Shown: piece after piece, positions 47,593-55,831 of the stretch | Layout of the letters: each line of letters begins with the position of its first letter | How positions within the stretch are numbered: position 1 is the stretch's first letter | Source: Candidatus Poribacteria bacterium | GTDB lineage: Bacteria; Poribacteria; WGA-4E; WGA-3G | Direction of reading: 5' to 3' | NCBI GenBank assembly: GCA_965198235.1 | Contig: OZ240248.1 | Coordinates: 3,968,001 to 4,032,000 of the forward strand | Length of the DNA: 64,000 nucleotides | Made by a program: the position numbers and the translations under genes | Notes under the pieces: generated by a model | Told to the model about the DNA's origin: nothing | Seen by the model: only the letters and a program-made list of their open reading frames with translations | Database searches by the model: none

Positions 47593-47717
47593 TAGGACTT
47601 ATGCAGACAAGCGATAAATCGCCTCACTACCAACAGATACACCTTGGAAATACGGGTGTTCCTCAAAAGCGGTGTGGTTCGTAGTGGCGCAATTCATTGC
47701 GCCTTGCGTAAGTCCTG
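47593..47717. mobile_element. MITE with AGGACTTAYGCA TIRs and 5-bp target duplication (TCACA)
   Basis: TCACA|TAGGACTTATGCA...TGCGTAAGTCCTG|TCACA, ending 11 nt before the hsdR ATG. Confidence 0.8.
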
Positions 47718-47728
47718 TCACATTTACC

Positions 47729-50139
47729 ATGACTCCTGAAAAGCAAGCCAGACGCAACATAGACAGTATGCTTGAAGCAGCGGGTTGGCACGTCCAAAAT
47801 CACGCCGGGCATAACACCGCTGCTGCATCTGGTGCTGCGGTTCGAGAATATCCGTTGAAGGCAGATCAGAGGGCTGATTATCTCCTGTTTATCAATGGAG
47901 CTGCAGTTGGTGTTATAGAAGCCAAACCAGAAGGGACAACTCTCAGCGGAGCCCTCCAACAGGCACAACGGTATCGAGCAAGTTTGCCGGATAACTTACG
48001 TCACCTCGCCGGATTTCCCTTTTCCTATGCATCAACAGGGGGTGAGACTTATTTTCGGGATATTCGAGATCCGGATTCTCGCTCACGGGAAATTTTTACA
48101 TTCCATACACCGGAGACCCTCTCTCACCAAGCCACCGAATCGAGAACGCTACAGGAGCGACTCACAGATGATTTGCCTCCATTAGCAAGAGGTAGCCTGA
48201 GAAATTGCCAGTTTGAGGCAATAACCAACCTTGAAGAATCTTTGAAGGAAGCGCGCCCGCGCGCCTTAATTCAGATGGCGACCGGTAGTGGGAAAACCTA
48301 CGCTGCCGTAAGTGCTGTTTACCGACTCATCCGATTTGCTGGGATTAGACGTGTCCTTTTTCTCGTAGACCGACGGAATCTTGGCAGGCAGGCTCTTCGC
48401 GAGTTTCAGGCTTACACACCTCCCGATGACAATTCAAAATTCACGGAACTCTACAACGTTCAACATCTCGCCAGCAACACAATTGATTCGGTAAGTCAGG
48501 TCTGTATTACTACACTGCAACGACTCTACTCTATGCTGAAAGGCGATCCCGACTATGAGACAGAGGAAGAGGAGGTTTCCCTTTTGAAAACGAGGAGGAA
48601 CAAACGGCAGAAGTTACCTATAATCCATCAATTCCTATTGATACCTTTGACGTTATTATCGTTGATGAATGCCATCGTTCCATCTACGGCAGATGGCGAC
48701 AGGTGCTGGAATACTTCGACGCATTCATTGTTGGACTGACCGCAACTCCGTATAGACAAACGATCGGCTTTTTTGATCACAATCTCGTTTATGAATACCG
48801 TCACTTGGAGGCTGTCTCGGATAATGTGAACGTTGGTTATTACGTTTATCAGATTCAAACCGAAATTACGCAAAGTGGTAGCCGTATTGAGGCGGGACAT
48901 TATGTAGCAAGACGGGATAGACAAAGTCGTCAGCTCCACTGGGATGAACTGGATGCCGATCTCGAATACTCTGAGAGGGAATTGGACAGGGCTGTGGTCG
49001 CCATAGACCAGATCCGAAAAGTGATCCAAGGCTTCGAGGAAAAACTTTTCACAGAGTTATTTCCTTATAGACACGTTGTCCCGAAAACCCTTATCTTTGC
49101 CAAAGACGATTCACACGCCGAGGATATTGTTCATATTGTCCGAGAGGTATTCACTAAAGGAGACGAATTTTGCCAGAAAATTACCTACCAGAGCGACAAA
49201 CCAGAGGAACTCATCGCACAATTTCGCAATGATCCGATTTTCCGAATCGCTGTGAGCGTTGACATGATTTCCACCGGCACCGATATTAAACCGCTTGAAT
49301 GCCTGCTTTTTATGCGGGCTGTTCGATCAAGTGGCTATTTTGAGCAGATGAAGGGACGCGGTGTGCGGACTATCAATATAGATGATCTGCGCGCAGTCAC
49401 CGGCGACGCGACTGCCAAAACACACTTTATTATCGTTGATGCTGTCGGGGTCTGCGACTCAGTGAAAACCGATTCACAACCGCTCCCAGGGGATCTACCT
49501 TCTGGTGAACCCCCCGAACCCACTGGAACGGATAGAGACCAGCTGATTGACGAAATTAGTGAAGATCGAGTTATTGATGCCGGATTTGACGATCAAAGTT
49601 CCTCACAATCAATTACGGTCATTCACACCTTTAAACAGTTTATTGACCAAAACTTGGATGAATTGTCAGCGTTACAAATTCTCTATAACCGTCCGGAGGC
49701 AGAAGGTTCGCTTAATGAAGACGGCTTAATTGCGTTGGAAGAATCATTACAACGATATTCAAACGGACTGTCTTGCGAGGCCTTATGGTTTGCCTACCAA
49801 CAGAGATTTCCGAACCGCGTTCAAGGCAACGTTGAACGGCGTACAGACCTGATACCCCTCATCCGGTTTGCTATTGGCGAGAGCAATTTCCTTGAGCCTT
49901 TCAGTGTAACTGTCAATCGAAACTTTGAAGAATGGATAACCGATAAATATTTCACGCCAGAACAACACGAGTGGCTTAAATTGATTCGTGACCACATCGC
50001 CACCTCGCTTGACATTCGGATGGATGATTTTGAGTACACCCCCTTTGCTGAACACGGGAATGGTGCGAAAGTCTACCAACTCTTCGGCGATGATTTAGAC
50101 GATATTTTAAGGGATCTCACAGAGAAATTGATCACCTAA
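47729..50139 (+). pseudogene. hsdR: Type I restriction endonuclease subunit R (EcoEI-like), frameshifted near 48582-48585
   Basis: ADYLL..VIEAK nuclease motif and MATGSGKT are in the first frame. IIVDECHRSIY, GLTATP and QMKGRGVR continue in the -1 frame after TCCCTTTTGAAAAC. Confidence 0.85.
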
Positions 50140-50322
50140 TACTCCCTTGTAGGTAAGACGTTTTGTCTTGAAAAACGACTTGAATTCAAATAGAATTTGT
50201 AGTAAACTTGTAGCAACACGAGACGTTTAACGTGAAATAGACACAAAAGAGATTTTCATAGATGTTAACTTCATTTGCTAATGATTTGCGAAAATGAACT
50301 TAAACTAAATGATAGGATTATA

Positions 50323-51603
50323 ATGAATCCAATGGGCTTACCTCTGAACTGGCAGACCGTAAAATTTGGGGACGTTGCCACATTTACCAAAAAGCCAAAA
50401 GACTTACGATATTCTGAATATAATGAAGTCCCGTTCGTGCCGATGAACTTGATTCCCATTGCCACGTTATTTTCAAAGGAATTTATACTCAAACCATCAG
50501 ACACACTCAGTAGCGGAACTTACTTTGAACCAGGGGATATTCTGCTGGCAAAAATCACACCGTCTTTTGAAAATGGTAAACAGTGTATCATTCAGGAATT
50601 ACCAATGCCATTTGGTATTGCAACAACTGAGGTAATTCCAATTCGTGAAGTTGAAGGTGTTAGTGATAAATTCTATCTTTTTTATTATTTGTTGCTTCCC
50701 GATGTGCGCGCTTTGCTTACAGAGAGAATGCAAGGCACAACGGGTAGATTGCGCTTAGGTCCTAAAACACTTGCTGAGTTGGAAATTCCGCTGCCACCGT
50801 TAGCAGAGCAAAAGCGTATTGTTGCCAAGATAGAGACGCTTTTTACACAATTAGACGCAGCGGTTGATAGTCTAAAAAAAACGCAAGTGCAACTGCAACG
50901 TTATCGTCGATCGCTCCTCAAAGCTGCTTTTGAAGGGGAATTGACAATGGAGTGGCGCGAAAGGCATTCGGGTGAGTCTCAATCGGTGGAGGACTCAAAT
51001 AGATTACCCAAAGACTGGGAAAGGACAAAAGTTGGATGTGTTATAAAAAACGTATCACTAACTGGAAAGAAACTAAAAAAAAAGGACTATGAACTTGACG
51101 GAGAATTACCAGTAATAGATCAGGGATTATCCTTTATTGGTGGATATACAAACAACGAAGAATTAAAGGTTGAATGCGAACTACCAGTAATTGTTTTTGG
51201 AGATCATACTAAGGCAATTAAATATGTAGACTTTGACTTTGTAGGCGGAGCCGATGGAATAAAGGTGATAAAATCTCAAGAAATGTACCATCCGAAACTG
51301 TTTTATTATTTTATCAGGGCAATCTCACTTCCGGACAGAGGATATTCCCGACACTTTCAATTTTTGGAAAAGGCACAGATACCTATCCCACCGCTTACTG
51401 AACAAGTACAAATAATTTTTGAACTTGAGCGTTGTTTTTCTGTTGCCGATGAGGTCGAAGCCACAATTACCTCTGAACTGAGACGCGCCGAACGTTTACG
51501 GCAGTCTATCCTCAAGCATGCGTTCTCTGGTAAACTTGTTTCGCAAAACCCGAACGATGAACCGGTAGAGATCCTTCTGGCACGCATTAAAGCAGAAAGC
51601 TAA
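50323..51603 (+). CDS. hsdS: Type I R-M specificity subunit
   Basis: Two TRDs, IPLPPLAEQKRIV / IPIPPLTEQ, SLLKAAFEGEL / SILKHAFSGKLV. Confidence 0.92.
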   Translation: MNPMGLPLNWQTVKFGDVATFTKKPKDLRYSEYNEVPFVPMNLIPIATLFSKEFILKPSDTLSSGTYFEPGDILLAKITPSFENGKQCIIQELPMPFGIATTEVIPIREVEGVSDKFYLFYYLLLPDVRALLTERMQGTTGRLRLGPKTLAELEIPLPPLAEQKRIVAKIETLFTQLDAAVDSLKKTQVQLQRYRRSLLKAAFEGELTMEWRERHSGESQSVEDSNRLPKDWERTKVGCVIKNVSLTGKKLKKKDYELDGELPVIDQGLSFIGGYTNNEELKVECELPVIVFGDHTKAIKYVDFDFVGGADGIKVIKSQEMYHPKLFYYFIRAISLPDRGYSRHFQFLEKAQIPIPPLTEQVQIIFELERCFSVADEVEATITSELRRAERLRQSILKHAFSGKLVSQNPNDEPVEILLARIKAES

Positions 51604-51605
51604 TA

Positions 51606-51634
51606 TTGCATTGCATCAAAATCTGTGATAAAAT
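51606..51634 (+). promoter_or_regulatory. Putative promoter TTGCAT-17-TAAAAT for the inserted cassette
   Basis: Lies directly after the hsdS stop; TG extension before the -10 box. Confidence 0.5.
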
Positions 51635-51774
51635 AAAATTAAACGTTACGTACCTGCTACTACTTGTTTGTTAAACGCCTTAATTAAATGTCGAGTTTTT
51701 GACTCACCAACGTCCATGCCTCAGAGGCTATCACGGACGATTTCCACTTGGCGAAATTTGGGAGGCGAAGTAAA

Positions 51775-52506
51775 ATGCAACAGATACCGACAGAAAATCC
51801 TCTCTACGCGAGTCCTTCCGTCGCGAGTCCTTCTTTTGGTACCGACGTTCCAATTCAGGAGTGGCGATCAACACGCCTTACTCTTATGCTCATGTTCAAT
51901 AATGAATTCAACGAAGACTACGAAGAAGCCAAAGCATTTCTAAAAGGAAAGAGAGACTTCAATGTAGAAAAAGATATAGGATTCATTAACGAATATCCGC
52001 TAGCAATAGACTACATAGAACCTAATGTCAATGACACCCCTCCATATTGGCTATACCTAATCTCGTGTGGCGGCCCCGGATCCGAAATCCGATTTTTTGT
52101 TGACCACAAAAGTTCTACTGAACCTTACAAGGTTGAATTCTGGTTCTTAGAGTGGTCCAACAGTAGAAAACAAGATGTAACAGGCGAAGCCATTATTGAA
52201 CAGCTCTGGGAACAAGCTCTGCTCCCACTAACAGAACAAATAGAGACACAAAACGAGGAACCATCTCAAGAAACTGATCCGCTCCTTGCACTTGCTGGAA
52301 CGCTTAAATGGGATGATATAAGGAGGCCCAACGCCGCATTGCCGCCGGAAATACGAGTGGTTAAAGGTCCATACGAAGACCATCCGGATCCGCTCATTGC
52401 ATTGTTAGGAACGTTGGAATGTGATGTCACAGACATCGGGGAACGTCACGACGAATATATTGCTGACGCGCTATTAGCAGAGTTACGGGGAGATGAGGAT
52501 GAATGA
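51775..52506 (+). CDS. Hypothetical protein, putative antitoxin with an extra N-terminal domain
   Basis: Overlaps the PIN gene; C-terminal DPLLALAGTL / DPLIALLGTL..DIGERHDEY motifs. Confidence 0.65.
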   Translation: MQQIPTENPLYASPSVASPSFGTDVPIQEWRSTRLTLMLMFNNEFNEDYEEAKAFLKGKRDFNVEKDIGFINEYPLAIDYIEPNVNDTPPYWLYLISCGGPGSEIRFFVDHKSSTEPYKVEFWFLEWSNSRKQDVTGEAIIEQLWEQALLPLTEQIETQNEEPSQETDPLLALAGTLKWDDIRRPNAALPPEIRVVKGPYEDHPDPLIALLGTLECDVTDIGERHDEYIADALLAELRGDEDE

Positions 52507-52912
52507 GGTTTTCGCAGACACCTCCGGGTGGGCGAATGCTTTCGTTAACACGGAACCTTATCATACGCAAGCCTCTACATTGGTGCAACAGTGGCAACAA
52601 TATAATCGCCGTGTTGTCACAACAAACTATGTTCTAAGTGAACTCATCCCTCTACTCACCCGCCTCAGAGTCCCGCGTGAAAGAGGTCTGCATTATATTG
52701 AAACTCTCCGTTCAGTTGACTGGATCGAAATTGTCCACATAGACGAAGAACTAGACAGGAAGGCATGGGAGTTGCTCACAAATCGATTAGATAAGCAGTG
52801 GAGCCTCGTTGACGCTGCCAGTTTTGTTGTGATGCGAGAACGCGGCATAAGTGAAGCTTTGGCAACGGATAAGCACTTTGAGCAAGATGGTTTTGTCCGT
52901 CTTCTGAAATAA
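52499..52912 (+). CDS. vapC: PIN-domain (VapC-like) toxin ribonuclease
   Basis: FADTSGW, TTNYVLSE, SLVDAASF, ATDKHF. Confidence 0.9.
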   Translation: MNEVFADTSGWANAFVNTEPYHTQASTLVQQWQQYNRRVVTTNYVLSELIPLLTRLRVPRERGLHYIETLRSVDWIEIVHIDEELDRKAWELLTNRLDKQWSLVDAASFVVMRERGISEALATDKHFEQDGFVRLLK

Positions 52913-52976
52913 TACATTTATATGAAGCAGGAATTTTTACTTGGAATTTATCTCACACTTGTATAATTTACATACT

Positions 52977-53402
52977 ATGGAAATCTTACAAAACGAACTT
53001 AAAGTCGCTCGTTCTCTTGCTGACAAAACGTTGTTTCGGAAACAGGGGCAACACGAATTAGACGAAATTCGCCGAGAAGTTGAGGAAGCTTGTGCCACGG
53101 ATAACGAGACTGATCCTGTTCCTGATTCTGTTTATCATGATGCGTATTTGTTATTAGACATTCTTTTTAATTACGATATTCCCATGGCTGACATTGGTTG
53201 GTTGATGGATGGAGGAATCGGGTTTGAGTGGCGGTTAAGGAATAGCAAAGGTATTGCAACAATTAGCGTATATGGTGACAATCAGGTCATCTATGGAGCA
53301 TCTTTAGGAAGCAGGCGTAGAGTCAAAGGAACTTGCCCACTATCAGATCTTATTCTATTGCCGAATTTTTTGAAAATGGCAAGTGAAGTCTTTAGGGAAT
53401 AG
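52977..53402 (+). CDS. Hypothetical protein (DGGIGxEW family), paralog A
   Basis: Full-length similarity to 53517-53930. Confidence 0.75.
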   Translation: MEILQNELKVARSLADKTLFRKQGQHELDEIRREVEEACATDNETDPVPDSVYHDAYLLLDILFNYDIPMADIGWLMDGGIGFEWRLRNSKGIATISVYGDNQVIYGASLGSRRRVKGTCPLSDLILLPNFLKMASEVFRE

Positions 53403-53516
53403 TGCCTTTTTTCAAAAAATTGTAGCGTTGAAATTGATATTACGTTGACTGAAAGCCCATGCTAAAATATTGGATACAGTAAGGACTTATTCTCAAATTT
53501 TGATAGGTGACACACT

Positions 53517-53930
53517 ATGAAAATCTTACAAGACAACCTTGATCTCCCCTTGCCGCCAGCAGACAGGTCACTATTGAGGAAACATATCCAACGTGAATTA
53601 GACGAAATCCGAGAGGAAGTCGAAGAAACCTGTAAAGTAGCTAGCGATGTAAGTTCTGTTCCCCAACAAGCTTATGATGAGACCTCTACTTTGCTGAAGC
53701 GGATATCTCATGATATTCCAATGCCGGACATGATGTGGTTAGAAGATGGCGGGATCGGATTGGAATGGCGACCTGAAAACGGCATAGCGACCATGAGTCT
53801 TTATGGCGACGGGCTTGTCGTCTACGGTGCTTTTTTTAGTAAAGATCGGGAAATTGCAGGCATTTGTTCTTTGACTGACGTTTCTTTCCTGCCAGGTTTT
53901 CTTACAACATTGACCAACCTCTTCCAATAA
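53517..53930 (+). CDS. Hypothetical protein (DGGIGxEW family), paralog B
   Basis: IPMPDMMWLEDGGIGLEWR..GIATMSLYGD. Confidence 0.75.
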   Translation: MKILQDNLDLPLPPADRSLLRKHIQRELDEIREEVEETCKVASDVSSVPQQAYDETSTLLKRISHDIPMPDMMWLEDGGIGLEWRPENGIATMSLYGDGLVVYGAFFSKDREIAGICSLTDVSFLPGFLTTLTNLFQ

Positions 53931-53940
53931 AGGATATGGT

Positions 53941-54333
53941 ATGAATTATTCGGGAGGTGAGAAACTTACTCGCTTCATTTTTTCTAAAAGACATTTTTCC
54001 GTAGAAAACAAGACAGTCAAATATGGTGCTTTTATGCCTCCACCCAATAGCGCGGATTTATCAGTGTTTCATATCTCATCTCTATCTGAAAGCGAAGTGT
54101 GGGAGATTGGACGGAGACATGTTGAAACAGAGAAACGAAGACTGAAAGCAAGAGCAGACCTTTTGACAGGGGACGTTTATGAGAGTAATCTGGAGGTCAT
54201 CCCAGACACGCAACCTCATGAACTACATGCCAATATTACACCTTTTCCAGCAGACAGGAAAGAACGCGATCGCATTGCAAGAAAACTTGCACTTGCCAGT
54301 AAATTGGTAATCATACCCCCAGAAGAAACTTGA
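53941..54333 (+). CDS. Hypothetical protein with an R..LSV..H pattern (possible RES/ADP-ribosyltransferase-like fold)
   Basis: EKLTRF, AFMPP..DLSVF, HANI. Confidence 0.65.
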   Translation: MNYSGGEKLTRFIFSKRHFSVENKTVKYGAFMPPPNSADLSVFHISSLSESEVWEIGRRHVETEKRRLKARADLLTGDVYESNLEVIPDTQPHELHANITPFPADRKERDRIARKLALASKLVIIPPEET

Positions 54334-54364
54334 TTCCAGTTCTAAACCTAATGAAGGTTCATCC

Positions 54365-55831
54365 ATGTCTAACGAATCCGCAACAATTATTCAAAAACTT
54401 TGGAATTTCTGCAACGTGCTCCGCGACGACGGGGTTAGTTATGGTGATTACGTCGAACAACTGACGTACCTGCTGTTCCTCAAACTCGCAGACGAACAGA
54501 CGAAACCGCCTTTCAACAAACCCGCAACAATCCCCGCCGGTTTGGATTGGGAGAGCCTTCTCAAAGAGAGCGGTCGCGAGTTGGAAGACCAATATGCTGA
54601 AATCCTCCGAGAACTAAGTCATGAGCCGGGTTTGCTCGGTGCAATTTTCCAAAAATCGCAAAACCGTATTCAGACACCTGCAAACCTGCAACGGCTTATC
54701 CACCTCATCAATGACGAGACATGGAGTGGCATGACTGCCGACATCAAAGGTGCCATCTACGAAGGGCTTTTACAGAAAAATGCTGAGGATACCAAAAGCG
54801 GAGCAGGACAGTACTTCACACCACGTCCGCTTATCAAGGCGATGGTTGCTGTGATGCATCCCGAACCGATGAAAACCATCTGTGACCCAGCATGTGGGAC
54901 TGGCGGTTTCTTCCTCGCGGCATACGATTACATCTCCGAAAACTATAGCAGTACAATGACTCGTGAACAGAAGGATTTTCTTAAATTTAAGACCTTCACT
55001 GGCATGGACATCGTTGATAACGTCGTCCGTCTCTGTGTGATGAATCTATACCTGCGCGGTATCGCTGGGACAGAGAGCCCAATTACAGCCGATGATAGCC
55101 TCAGAAGTGCTACGAAGGATCGCTACGACATAGTGCTTACGAATCCACCGTTCGGGAACAGGAGTAGTATTACAATAGCAACCGACGGAAGTAAACAGAA
55201 CAACACCTCCTCCACCTATGAGCGCGAGGATTTCTGGGCGACAACCTCAAATAAACAGTTCAACTTCCTCCAACACATCAAGACGATTCTGAAGACAGAT
55301 GGACGCGCTGCTGTCGTCCTTCCCGATAATGTGCTCTTTGAACGCGGAGCAGGGGAAACAATTCGTCGGCAGCTGCTCAAGCAATTTGATGTCCACACCC
55401 TTTTGCGATTACCGACCGGTATCTTCTATGCCCAAGGTGTGAAGGCAAACGTTCTCTTTTTCGATAAGCGGCCTGCGCGTGAGGAACCGTGGACTCAAAA
55501 ACTCTGGATTTATGATCTACGAACGAATAAACACTTTACACTCAAGACGAATCCCTTAAGTGATACCGATTTGCAAGACTTTATCAACGTCTACAATCCA
55601 GACAACCGGGACGCACGGATTGAAACTGAGCGGTTCCGCGCTTTTGGTTACGATGAACTTATTGAACGGGAACATGTCAACCTTGACATATTCTGGCAGA
55701 AAGAGGATTCGCTGGAGGATGCAGCGGATCTTCCTACGCCAGATGTATTAGTAGCGGAAATCACCGAGAATTTAAAGTCTGCGTTAGCACAATTTCAGAA
55801 TATCCAAGCAGAATTAGACGGTAATGACTAA
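54365..55831 (+). CDS. hsdM: Type I R-M N6-adenine methyltransferase subunit
   Basis: GAGQYFTPR, DPACGTGGF, TNPPFG. Confidence 0.95.
   Translation: MSNESATIIQKLWNFCNVLRDDGVSYGDYVEQLTYLLFLKLADEQTKPPFNKPATIPAGLDWESLLKESGRELEDQYAEILRELSHEPGLLGAIFQKSQNRIQTPANLQRLIHLINDETWSGMTADIKGAIYEGLLQKNAEDTKSGAGQYFTPRPLIKAMVAVMHPEPMKTICDPACGTGGFFLAAYDYISENYSSTMTREQKDFLKFKTFTGMDIVDNVVRLCVMNLYLRGIAGTESPITADDSLRSATKDRYDIVLTNPPFGNRSSITIATDGSKQNNTSSTYEREDFWATTSNKQFNFLQHIKTILKTDGRAAVVLPDNVLFERGAGETIRRQLLKQFDVHTLLRLPTGIFYAQGVKANVLFFDKRPAREEPWTQKLWIYDLRTNKHFTLKTNPLSDTDLQDFINVYNPDNRDARIETERFRAFGYDELIEREHVNLDIFWQKEDSLEDAADLPTPDVLVAEITENLKSALAQFQNIQAELDGND

Noticed and set aside
48575-48590. Programmed -1 ribosomal frameshift in hsdR
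   Set aside because: No in-frame X XXY YYZ slippery heptamer and no obvious downstream stimulator.
51075-51083. A9 tract in hsdS as a phase-variation switch
   Set aside because: It is in frame, encodes a Lys run in an AT-rich TRD, and there is no evidence of variation.
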